From: an uncultured Acidobacteriota bacterium
Lineage (GTDB): Bacteria > Acidobacteriota > Vicinamibacteria > Marinacidobacterales > SMYC01
Assembly: GCA_963716925.1 (NCBI GenBank)
Contig: CAVQUX010000025.1
Location: 656,751-720,750, forward strand
DNA length: 64,000 bases
Direction: 5' to 3'
Positions 50,739-59,405 of this stretch are shown here, in pieces. The first letter of the stretch is position 1, and the number at the start of each line of letters is the position of its first letter. The translations under genes were made by a program, and so were the position numbers. The notes beneath the pieces were generated by a model that saw nothing but the letters and a program-made list of their open reading frames with translations, was not told the DNA's origin and ran no database searches.

Positions 50739-50960
50739 CTACGAAGTCTCTCCACAGAGCGCGGAAAGCCGTTCCGTGAGGATCCGGCATCGCTCGACCG
50801 CCTCCGAGGCGACGTCCAAGTGACCCAAGGGACGTTCGTCACGCAAGAGCTTCATGCGGAGTAGCTCGAGGTTTCCCTGAACGACCATGATCTGGTTGCT
50901 CAAGTCGTGCGCGATCCTCCGCCGTTCGACGGTCGTGGGATCCTCGGCGAGGTCCGTCAT
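50739..50960 (-). CDS. Stand-alone HisKA (phospho-acceptor) domain mini-protein, 73 aa
   Basis: It has the H-box IAHDLSNQIMVVQGNLELL, and no HATPase_c domain follows. It overlaps the receiver gene by 4 nt. Confidence 0.5.
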   Translation of the reverse strand: MTDLAEDPTTVERRRIAHDLSNQIMVVQGNLELLRMKLLRDERPLGHLDVASEAVERCRILTERLSALCGETS

Positions 50961-51328
50961 TTCGACTCGAGAAGACCGACCACGATCTGCCCGATGTCCT
51001 CCAGCCGCACCGGCTTGTGGAGGAAGAAACTGGCGCCTTTGCTGCGCGCCTCACGCTCCACCCGATTCGATCCGTAAGCGGTGAGCACGACGAGCGGCGT
51101 CTCGGGGCAGTGCTCGGCGACGAAGTCGGCGAGATCGAGGCCATCGGTGTCTCCGATTCTCGTCAGCTGGATGTCGGAGAGCACCGCGGCGTAGCGGTTC
51201 CGGCTCAGCTTCGAGCGCGCCTCGTCGAGCCCGGACGCGCAATCCACTTCCAGCTTCAACTCGATGAAGAAGTCGCGAAGCGTCGCCAGGACCGCCTGCT
51301 CGTCGTCGACGATGAGAATTCGCCTCAA
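50957..51328 (-). CDS. Single-domain response regulator receiver (CheY-like)
   Basis: It has ILIVDDE, the phospho-Asp context AVLSDIQL, and T/K positions (VVLTAY, LHKP). Confidence 0.85.
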   Translation of the reverse strand: MRRILIVDDEQAVLATLRDFFIELKLEVDCASGLDEARSKLSRNRYAAVLSDIQLTRIGDTDGLDLADFVAEHCPETPLVVLTAYGSNRVEREARSKGASFFLHKPVRLEDIGQIVVGLLESK

Positions 51329-51593
51329 GAGCCGCTTCTCATTGTTCGGAAAGCCCCCCGCTCCGGATCCCAGGCTGCAAGGTCCGTGCCCGATCGGCGC
51401 CGGCCTGGCAGCGGGGCTCTATCTCCTGACAAGGCACCGGTTCGCTCGAAACCGGGGTCCATCTGCCCACGCCGGGGCGTGCGAATATCGTTTCAAATTG
51501 CAATGTTGTGTTGCCGAAATCTCCGCAGGAGCCCACGGCGATTCCGCTCGAAAGTCGTAGTGCGCAAAGCGGTGGGACAGGGAGACCGCTCGT

Positions 51594-52745
51594 TCAAGGG
51601 CGCCCCGTCGTCGGACCTCCGGTGTCGAACTGACGTGGAATCCGATCGGCGACGGCCGGAAGCGGAGGAAACGTCCGGTGCGGCTCCGTCTGATACCAGT
51701 AGGCCGTGGTGAAGAAATTGTCCGAGCGATGGTTCGCGTGTCCATGCTCGATGGTCACCTTGATGTCTTTCCGGAACGCGATGGGTGATTCGGTGTGGAG
51801 CCGGTACACCATCCACTTGGCTCCGCGATCGTCGCCCCCGTTCATGGGGTTGCCGTAGCGGGCGTAGGCGAACGTCGGCCGCGTGCCGCCGAAGGGGTTG
51901 AGGCCGCAGCCACCGTAGCACCAGGCCCCGAGGTAGTAGTCCTCGGAGCCGGTGCCGTTGATCCCCGGCGTCGTTTCGGAGTCGACGAAGATCATCTCGT
52001 CGCCCTCGCCCCACCAGTCCCCCTGGTTCTGCTGGATGCTGTGGGCGACCCCGACATAGTGGCCTCGGCCTTCGGCCTCGAGGATCACGTAGTTGTCCTT
52101 CCCGTCGAGGTTCGGGCGGTCGTCGACACGGTCCTCGCCGTTCGCCTTCCAGTCCGCGGTCCAACCCTTCGTCGGCGCCTCCTGCCGGTACTGCGCGTGG
52201 AAGTACCCGAGGTCCTCGGGAAGGCTCTCGTGCTTTTCGTAGTCGATGTTGAAGTAGAAGGCGCTCGCCGCCGTCGGGCCTTCGTTCGTCACCGTGATCC
52301 GAGCCCCTCGCCGGAACGGCATGGGAAAGAAGCTGTTCAAAGCTTTCTGCGAGCCCACCGACAGCATTTCCGATTCATAGAGAAAGTACTCCCCGAGGCC
52401 CAGGCCGAAGAAGTCTCCGACGGGCGCCTCGACGCTCGGCTGCGTTTCGGAGTCCCAGTACATGCGCAGGACCATTTCCTTCAAGTGCCACTTCGCCGGC
52501 GTCGCGATGGTGATCCAGATGTGGGAGATGACCGCCGGGCCTCCGATCTCTGCGAGGGTTCGGGTTTCTCCAGGCTGGATGGCGTTCTTCCAGTTGCCGT
52601 CGTCGTTCGCGCCCGTCCGGTCGTAGCTCGAGACGCGATGGTTTTCGTAGTCGCGGAGCCGGGCGAGATCCAGCCGGGGCTGGCCGATCGCCGGCAGGGC
52701 GAACGCGAGAACGAGGCAAGACGCGGCGGCCTGTTCGATCGTCAT
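51594..52745 (-). CDS. DUF2961 / GH172-family glycoside hydrolase-like protein, secreted
   Basis: It is 383 aa from MTIEQAAASCLVLAFALPAIGQ (signal peptide), with DUF2961 conservation (HIWITIATP, GDWWGEGDEMIFVD). An AGGAGGG site lies upstream. Confidence 0.8.
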   Translation of the reverse strand: MTIEQAAASCLVLAFALPAIGQPRLDLARLRDYENHRVSSYDRTGANDDGNWKNAIQPGETRTLAEIGGPAVISHIWITIATPAKWHLKEMVLRMYWDSETQPSVEAPVGDFFGLGLGEYFLYESEMLSVGSQKALNSFFPMPFRRGARITVTNEGPTAASAFYFNIDYEKHESLPEDLGYFHAQYRQEAPTKGWTADWKANGEDRVDDRPNLDGKDNYVILEAEGRGHYVGVAHSIQQNQGDWWGEGDEMIFVDSETTPGINGTGSEDYYLGAWCYGGCGLNPFGGTRPTFAYARYGNPMNGGDDRGAKWMVYRLHTESPIAFRKDIKVTIEHGHANHRSDNFFTTAYWYQTEPHRTFPPLPAVADRIPRQFDTGGPTTGRP

Positions 52746-52790
52746 CGGGAACCCTCCTGAGAGACGGGCGACATCATATAGAATCCCGCG

Positions 52791-54008
52791 ATGCGAAACG
52801 CGATTCTGGCCCTGGGCCTCATGGCCGCCTGCGGTTCCGAGCCTCCGAAGCCGCCCGAAGGGGACGCGCCGGCGGAAAGGACCTCGACTCCGATGAAGAC
52901 CTACGGCGACGATCTCTCGTTTCTCGACGAGCATGGGGACGTGATCGAGCTCTCCGATCCCTCGGGAAGGGCACGGGTGGCCGTTGTGGCCGGGTACCAG
53001 GGACGAGTGATGACCTCGACCTCGGGCGGAGCCGGCGGGCCGAGCTTCGGCTGGCTCAACCGCGAAGCCATCGCCGCGAAAGCCCGCAGGCCCCACATCA
53101 ACGCCTTCGGCGGCGAGGACCGGTTCTGGCTCGGACCCGAGGGGGGCCAGTACGCCATCTTCTTCGCTCCGGGAGATCCGTTCGACCTCGAGCACTGGCA
53201 GACCCCCGAGCCCATCGACTGGGGAGCCTGGGAGGTCGTCGATCGGTCGGCCTCCGAGGTCCGGTTCCGACGGGCGATCGAGCTCGTCAACTACGCGGGA
53301 ACGAAGCTCTCACTCGAAGCGAGCCGGGTCGTTCGAATGGTGGAACCTCCCGCCTCGGGAGTCGAAGCCGTCGGCTTCGAATCGGAGAACACCATCACCA
53401 ACACCGGTGGGAACGCCTGGACCCGGGAGACGGGGCTCCTCTCCGTGTGGGTTCTGGGGATGTTCAACCCATCGCCCTCGACCACCGTCGTCATCCCCTT
53501 CGCCGCCGGTCCCGAAGAAGAGCTCGGACCGATCGTGAACGACGCCTACTTCGGCAAGGTCCCTGCCGATCGTCTCGTGGTGTCCGAAGGAGTCCTCTAC
53601 TTCCGGGGCGACGGACAGCAGCGCGGCAAGATCGGCATCCCGCGAAAACGCGCGCGCCCGGTAATGGGAAGCTACGACGCCGACGGCAAGGTGCTCACCC
53701 TCGTCGAGTACACCCTTCCCCCCGACGCCACCGACTACGTGAACAGCATGTGGGAGATCTCGGATGCGCCCTATCGGGGCGACGTCGTCAACAGCTACAA
53801 CGACGGTCCGCCGGCCCCGGGCGCCCCGCCGCTCGGCCCGTTCTACGAGCTCGAATCCTCTTCGCCGGCGGCGGAGCTCTCGGCCGGAGAAAGTCTCACT
53901 CACGTCCACCGCACCTTCCATTTCCGCGGAGCCGAAGCGGAGCTCGACGCGGTGGCGAAGAAGAACCTCGGGGTCTCTCTTGCCGATATCGTCTCCGCTT
54001 TCCGTTAG
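52791..54008 (+). CDS. Hypothetical lipoprotein
   Basis: It has a lipobox LMAACGSE, is 405 aa, and has protein-like composition. I recognised no family. Confidence 0.65.
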   Translation: MRNAILALGLMAACGSEPPKPPEGDAPAERTSTPMKTYGDDLSFLDEHGDVIELSDPSGRARVAVVAGYQGRVMTSTSGGAGGPSFGWLNREAIAAKARRPHINAFGGEDRFWLGPEGGQYAIFFAPGDPFDLEHWQTPEPIDWGAWEVVDRSASEVRFRRAIELVNYAGTKLSLEASRVVRMVEPPASGVEAVGFESENTITNTGGNAWTRETGLLSVWVLGMFNPSPSTTVVIPFAAGPEEELGPIVNDAYFGKVPADRLVVSEGVLYFRGDGQQRGKIGIPRKRARPVMGSYDADGKVLTLVEYTLPPDATDYVNSMWEISDAPYRGDVVNSYNDGPPAPGAPPLGPFYELESSSPAAELSAGESLTHVHRTFHFRGAEAELDAVAKKNLGVSLADIVSAFR

Positions 54009-54981
54009 CGAGATCGGGAAAACCGGTCTCCGGGTCACGAGGCTCGGATTCGGAGGGGCCCCCCTGGGCGGGCTTTTCGAGAGCGTCCGGGAAGAGGACG
54101 CGCGAGCGACGCTCTCGGCGGCCTGGGGAGCCGGAATCCGCTACTTCGACACCGCCCCGTTCTACGGACACGGACGGGGCGAGATGCGGCTCGGATCGTT
54201 CCTGCGGGAGCGGCCCCGCGACGAGTTCGTTCTATCCACGAAAGTAGGTCGGATCCTGGTTCCGGCCAAGGACGGCGCGATCGAGGACACTCATTACAAA
54301 GACGTCCTTCCGTTGAACCCCGTCTTCGATTTCAGCGCCGACGGCATCCGTCGCTCCTTCGAGTCGAGCCTCGAGCGGCTCGGCCTCGAGCGCATCGACA
54401 TCCTGCACGTGCACGACCCCGACGCGCATCATCGCGAGGTCGTCGACGAGGCCTTCCCTGCGCTCGCGCGCCTGCGCGACGAGGGCCGGATCGGCGCCAT
54501 CGGCGCCGGAATGAACCAGTGGGAGATGCTCTTCGATTTCGCCCGGGAGGCGGACTTCGACTGCTTCCTCCTCGCCGGCCGTTATACCCTTCTGGATCAA
54601 AGCGCATTCCCCCGGCTGCTCACGGAGTGCGGCGAACGCGGGATCTCGATCTTGATCGGCGGTCCTTACAACAGCGGGGTACTGGCGGCGGGAAGCCGGG
54701 GCGCCGGGCACTTCGACTACGAGAGGCCCGCGCCCGCCATCCTGGAGAAGGTCGCGCGACTCGAAGCGGTCGCCGCCCGCCACGGGGTCCCGTTGAAGGC
54801 GGCTGCGCTCCAGTTCCCCCTCGCCCATCCCGCGGTCGCCTCCGTAATCCCCGGGGCGCGAACCGCGACGGAGGTCGAGGAGAACCATCGCCTGTTCTCG
54901 CATCCGATCCCGTCCGCCTTCTGGAGCGAGCTCCTGGCGGAGAAGCTTCTGCCGGAAGCCGTGCCCATTCCAAAACAGTAG
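53980..54981 (+). CDS. Aldo/keto reductase
   Basis: It has the AKR pattern (LGKTGLRVTRLGFGG, FDTAPFYGHGRGE, STKVGR, HVHDPD). No canonical start lies between the upstream stop and the conserved N-terminus, so the start at TTG 53980 is tentative. Confidence 0.7.
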   Translation: MPISSPLSVSEIGKTGLRVTRLGFGGAPLGGLFESVREEDARATLSAAWGAGIRYFDTAPFYGHGRGEMRLGSFLRERPRDEFVLSTKVGRILVPAKDGAIEDTHYKDVLPLNPVFDFSADGIRRSFESSLERLGLERIDILHVHDPDAHHREVVDEAFPALARLRDEGRIGAIGAGMNQWEMLFDFAREADFDCFLLAGRYTLLDQSAFPRLLTECGERGISILIGGPYNSGVLAAGSRGAGHFDYERPAPAILEKVARLEAVAARHGVPLKAAALQFPLAHPAVASVIPGARTATEVEENHRLFSHPIPSAFWSELLAEKLLPEAVPIPKQ

Positions 54982-54991
54982 GAGGGTTCCC

Positions 54992-55897
54992 ATGCCTCGA
55001 TTCGTTCTCGTCGCCGTTCTACTCCTCGCAGCCTGCGAGCGGGATCCGGAGGCGGGATTCGATCCCGCTATCCTCGGTCGCTGGGACGTGACCGTCCAGG
55101 GAGAGGACGGCTACCCGTTGTGGTTCGAGCTCGCGGACGCCGGAGGCGGTTTGAAGGGTCGGCTCCAGGGGAGGTTCGGTCACGCCCTCAATCTCGAGAG
55201 CGTCGAGGCCACGGGAACCCATCTCACGATGAAGGTCGAGGGGACTACTTATCACGGGAATCTCGAGGGCTCGGGATGGAAGGGAACGGGCGAAGGCCCG
55301 GAGAGCAGCTCGTTCGAGTGGGTCGCCGAGCGCGCACCGGAGCTTCCGGCGCCGGCCGAGGTCGCGTGGGCCGAGCCCATTCAACTCTTCAACGGCGCCG
55401 ACCTCACGGGCTGGGTCCCGAGACACGCGTCGCAGCCGAACCGCTGGAAAGCGGAAGACGGAGCGCTCGTGAACGAGGACTCGGGGTCGGACCTCGTGAC
55501 CGAGGCGGAGTTCCAGGACTTTCAGCTCCACGTCGAGGTACAGGTCCCGCCCGGGAGCAACAGCGGAATCTATCTCCGCGGCCGATACGAAGTGCAGGTC
55601 CAGGACGACCACGGGAAGGAGCCTCACGCGCGGGGAATGGGAGGCATCTACGGCCAGGTCACTCCCGTCGAGAACGCGGCGCTACCCGCGGGCGAATGGC
55701 AGAGCTTCGACATCATTCTCCTCGGCCGGACGGTCACCGTGGTCCTCAACGGGAGGACCATCATCGACCGCAAGGAGATTCCTGGAATCACCGGGGGAGC
55801 GCTCGACTCGCGGGAAGCCGAGCCGGGCCCCGTCTTCCTCCAGGGCGACCACGGCCGGATTCTCTACCGGAACCTGGTCCTGACGCCGGCCCTTTGA
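54992..55897 (+). CDS. DUF1080 (3-keto-disaccharide hydrolase, LamG-like) lipoprotein
   Basis: It has a lipobox LLAACE and the DUF1080 C-terminal pattern (NSGIYLRGRYEVQVQD, VFLQGDHGRILYRNLVL). Confidence 0.8.
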   Translation: MPRFVLVAVLLLAACERDPEAGFDPAILGRWDVTVQGEDGYPLWFELADAGGGLKGRLQGRFGHALNLESVEATGTHLTMKVEGTTYHGNLEGSGWKGTGEGPESSSFEWVAERAPELPAPAEVAWAEPIQLFNGADLTGWVPRHASQPNRWKAEDGALVNEDSGSDLVTEAEFQDFQLHVEVQVPPGSNSGIYLRGRYEVQVQDDHGKEPHARGMGGIYGQVTPVENAALPAGEWQSFDIILLGRTVTVVLNGRTIIDRKEIPGITGGALDSREAEPGPVFLQGDHGRILYRNLVLTPAL

Positions 55898-56290
55898 CTA
55901 CCGCCGCCGCACGCGGATCGAGGAAATGCAGTCGTCCCAGTCGTCGCCACAGGGACCTCGCACGTCGTCGAGGTCGGCGATGCTGCGGGTAATCTCGAGA
56001 GTGTCGCCCTCGTAGTCGTCATGCTCGTAGACCGTAGCTTCCCATCCCGGGTCGACCAGGACGGACGAAGCACAGTCGTCCCAGTCGCCCGACGTTCCAT
56101 CGACCAGACGGTTGCAGGGGCCGCGGAGATCGTCGAAGTCGGAGAAGCCTCCGGCGAGAATGACGGAGTCGCCCTGGTAGTCGGGGTGCTCGAAGAACGT
56201 GATTCCCTCGCTCGCCCCGGTCTGGTCGTCATCGCACGCCGGAAGAAGAAGGAGAAGGGCAACGACGGTCCAGAGACGATCGCCCGGCAT
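55898..56290 (-). CDS. Small lipoprotein with two tandem beta/gamma-crystallin-like repeats
   Basis: It has a lipobox LLLPACD. The repeats are FFEHPDYQGDSVIL...DLRGPC...DWDDCASSVLV and VYEHDDYEGDTLEI...DVRGPC...DWDDCISSIRV. Confidence 0.55.
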   Translation of the reverse strand: MPGDRLWTVVALLLLLPACDDDQTGASEGITFFEHPDYQGDSVILAGGFSDFDDLRGPCNRLVDGTSGDWDDCASSVLVDPGWEATVYEHDDYEGDTLEITRSIADLDDVRGPCGDDWDDCISSIRVRRR

Positions 56291-56291
56291 G

Positions 56292-57620
56292 CTAGGTCTT
56301 CAGGGAGTCTTTCCCGAAGTCCCAGTATACCGTCTGCTCCCTTCTCGCCGACTCGTTGATGAGATGAGCGCAGGAGGCGGCGCGATGCCCCATGACGGCA
56401 TCCTCCACCGGCGGCTTCCGCGACCGCACCGAATCGAAGAAGTGCGCCAGGTGGACGTAGGTCGCGTTCCTGCCCCACTCCTCCCAGGTCTGCGCCGCCG
56501 CTTTCATCTCCGGCTTCCAGGTTTCCGGAGTCTCCCGCTCCTTCACATTCGGGTCCTCGTAATACGCCTCGGAGAGAGACTCCGTCCAGGATTCGACGAC
56601 CCAGCGGTTGTCCTCGCTCAGGTTCTCGGGCGTGAACACCAGGGAGCCGCCTCGAAAGGCGATCGCGCCTTTCGTCCCCAGGATCTCGAAGCCCGACTCG
56701 CGGCTCGACTGGTTGTTGAAGGTCGAGCTCAGGTTCACCGTGAATCCTTCGGGGTAGACGAGGATGGCGTTCAACGTATCGGGGACGTCGCGCGACTCCT
56801 TCCAGCGATAGAGCTGACCCGAGGCCATGACGCTCGAGGGCATCGCCGCTCCCATGATGAAGTGGATGGTAGTCACCAGGTGCACGAAGAGGTCCGTGGC
56901 GATGCCGCCGGAGTAATCCTTGTAGCAGCGCCAGCGGAAGAAGCGCTCGAGGCTGTAGGGGTGCTTCGGCGCCGGACCGAGGAACCGCTCCCAGTTCACC
57001 GTCTCGGGCGAGGCATCGGGCGGAATGGGATAGATCCAGGCCCCGCCGGCGGTGTTGCGGTTATAGGTCGCGCGGATGAGCGTCACCTGACCGAGGGCGC
57101 CCGAGGACACGAGCTCTCTCGCCTTGCGCTCGGTGGCGGAGCTCATCCCCTGGCTTCCCACCTGGCAGATGCGCGAGGACTTCTTCACCGCCGCCGCGAT
57201 CTCGTTGCCCTCGTCGATGGCGTAGGTCATCGGCTTTTCGATGTAGACGTCTTTCCCCGCCGCCAGGGCGTCGAGAGACATCCGCCGATGCCAGTGATCG
57301 GGAGAGCCAATGAGGACCGCGTCGACGTCGTTCGCGTCCAGGATCCGCCGGTAATCGTCTTCGATGCGCGCGCTCCCTTCGGTCATCGCCCGCGCCCGTT
57401 CGGCGCGGCCGCGGTAGGCGTCGCAGACGGCGGTGAACTCGACTCCCGGAAGCTCCAGCGCTTCCTTCATCAACCCCTGGGCTCTCGCTCCCGAGCCCAG
57501 GACTCCTACCCGAATCCGGGCGTCCGCCGCCTGTCGTCCGAACGCCTCGGGCACCAGGCTCGCCGCCGCCCCGGACATCACCGTGGTCTTCAGGAATTGT
57601 CGCCGATTCATGGCACGCAT
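56292..57620 (-). CDS. Gfo/Idh/MocA-family oxidoreductase with Tat signal
   Basis: It has a Tat motif NRRQFLKTTVMSGAAAS, a Rossmann region IRVGVLGSGARAQG, and the EKP motif YIEKPMT. Confidence 0.85.
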   Translation of the reverse strand: MRAMNRRQFLKTTVMSGAAASLVPEAFGRQAADARIRVGVLGSGARAQGLMKEALELPGVEFTAVCDAYRGRAERARAMTEGSARIEDDYRRILDANDVDAVLIGSPDHWHRRMSLDALAAGKDVYIEKPMTYAIDEGNEIAAAVKKSSRICQVGSQGMSSATERKARELVSSGALGQVTLIRATYNRNTAGGAWIYPIPPDASPETVNWERFLGPAPKHPYSLERFFRWRCYKDYSGGIATDLFVHLVTTIHFIMGAAMPSSVMASGQLYRWKESRDVPDTLNAILVYPEGFTVNLSSTFNNQSSRESGFEILGTKGAIAFRGGSLVFTPENLSEDNRWVVESWTESLSEAYYEDPNVKERETPETWKPEMKAAAQTWEEWGRNATYVHLAHFFDSVRSRKPPVEDAVMGHRAASCAHLINESARREQTVYWDFGKDSLKT

Positions 57621-57657
57621 ATCGCACGCTCCCGGGGGTCGTTGACTTTCAACGGAT

Positions 57658-59397
57658 TTGGTGAAAAAAACCGGTTGGAGTCGCCCGCGGATGAGAAAAT
57701 ATCAGAGCTCGACCTCGAAACCAAAGGTCTATGACGTCGCGATCATAGGCTCCGGCGCCGGTGGAGGCATGGCGGCCAAGGTGCTCACGGAAGCGGGAGC
57801 GGAAGTGGCGCTCCTCGAAGCCGGCCCCTCGTGGGACACCGCCACCGAGTCCCGCATGTTCGCCTGGAGCTACGACTCCCCCCGGCGCGGGGCGAAAACG
57901 AAGGATCGGGACTTTGGCGAGTTCACGGCGACCCACGGCGGCTGGTCTCTCGAGGGCGAGCCGTACACCCAGGGCCCGGGCACGAAGTTCGACTGGTTCC
58001 GCTCGCGGGTGCTCGGAGGACGAACGAACCACTGGGGGAGGATCTCCCTCCGCTTCGGTCCGCGCGATTTCAAGCCGAGGAGCCATGACGGCCTCGGCGA
58101 TGACTGGCCGATCTCCTACGACGATATCGCCCCGTACTACGACAAGCTCGATCGGCTGATCGGGATCCACGGGACGAACGAGGGCATCGAGAACGAGCCC
58201 GACGGAATCTTCCAGCCACCTCCCGCGCCCCGATGCTGGGAGCTCCTGGTGAAGAAGGGATGCGACGAGCTCGGCATCGCCTGCATTCCCGCACGCCGAT
58301 CCGTCCTGACGAAGCCGCTGAACGGTCGCCCCGCCTGCCACTACTGCGGCCAGTGCGGCCGGGGATGCGCCACCGGCTCGAACTTCTCGACGCCCACGGC
58401 GCTCCTTCCCCCGGCGCTCGCCACCGGGCGGCTCACGATCCTGACCGGAGCCATGGCGCGCGAAGTGACGACGGATGACTACGGCCTCGCGAGCGGCGTG
58501 TCCTACGTCGACAAATCCGACGGGAGCGACCGGCACGTTCGGGCTCGCGTGGTGGTTCTCGCCGCCAGCGCCTGCGAGACCGCGCGCCTTCTGCTGAACT
58601 CCCGCTCGTCGCGATTCCCCGAGGGCCTGGCGAACTCGAGCGGCGCCGTCGGCCGCTATCTCATGGATTCCACGGGCACCGATGGCGTCGGCTACTTTCC
58701 GCAGCTCGAAGAGATGATCGCTCACAACGAAGACGGCGCGGGAGGCATGCACCTCTACATGCCCTGGTGGATCGACAACGGGGAGCTCGACTTCCCCCGG
58801 GGCTACCACATCGAGCCCTGGGGCGGCCGCGACATGCCCCAGTTCGGATTTCTCGACGGGATCGAAAAGACGCCGCATCGAGGCGGCTGGGGCGCTTCCC
58901 TGAAGAGCGCGTACCGCAAGTACTACGGCGCCACGCTCGGCTTCTCCGGCCGGGGAGAGATGATCCCGAACGAGCACTCCTACTGCGAGATCGACCCTGA
59001 CACGGTGGACCGTTGGGGGATTCCCGTCCTTCGTTTCCACTTCCGGTGGAGCGATCACGAGCGGCTCCAGGTGAAGCACATGCACGAGACCTTCCACTCG
59101 ATCATCCATCAACTCGGAGGAACCCCTCTGACGCCGATGCCTACCGCCGAGGAAGAGTACGGAATCCTCGCCGGTGGACGGATCATTCACGAGGTCGGTG
59201 TTACCCGCATGGGAGACTCCGCTCGTACGTCGGTACTGAATCGCTACTGCCAGGCCCACGACGTGAAGAACCTCTTCGTCGCCGACGGGGGTCCGTTCGT
59301 CTCGAACCCCCACAAGAACGTGACCTGGACGATCCTCGCGCTGGCCATGAGGACCAGCGAGCACATCGTGGAAGAGCGCCGAAGAGGCAACCTGTGA
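57658..59397 (+). CDS. GMC-family FAD oxidoreductase (glycoside/gluconate dehydrogenase large-subunit-like)
   Basis: It has the FAD-binding GxGxxG region YDVAIIGSGAGGGMAAKVL and the GMC C-terminal pattern (NLFVADGGPFVSNP). Confidence 0.85.
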   Translation: MVKKTGWSRPRMRKYQSSTSKPKVYDVAIIGSGAGGGMAAKVLTEAGAEVALLEAGPSWDTATESRMFAWSYDSPRRGAKTKDRDFGEFTATHGGWSLEGEPYTQGPGTKFDWFRSRVLGGRTNHWGRISLRFGPRDFKPRSHDGLGDDWPISYDDIAPYYDKLDRLIGIHGTNEGIENEPDGIFQPPPAPRCWELLVKKGCDELGIACIPARRSVLTKPLNGRPACHYCGQCGRGCATGSNFSTPTALLPPALATGRLTILTGAMAREVTTDDYGLASGVSYVDKSDGSDRHVRARVVVLAASACETARLLLNSRSSRFPEGLANSSGAVGRYLMDSTGTDGVGYFPQLEEMIAHNEDGAGGMHLYMPWWIDNGELDFPRGYHIEPWGGRDMPQFGFLDGIEKTPHRGGWGASLKSAYRKYYGATLGFSGRGEMIPNEHSYCEIDPDTVDRWGIPVLRFHFRWSDHERLQVKHMHETFHSIIHQLGGTPLTPMPTAEEEYGILAGGRIIHEVGVTRMGDSARTSVLNRYCQAHDVKNLFVADGGPFVSNPHKNVTWTILALAMRTSEHIVEERRRGNL

Positions 59398-59405
59398 GCG
59401 CTCCG

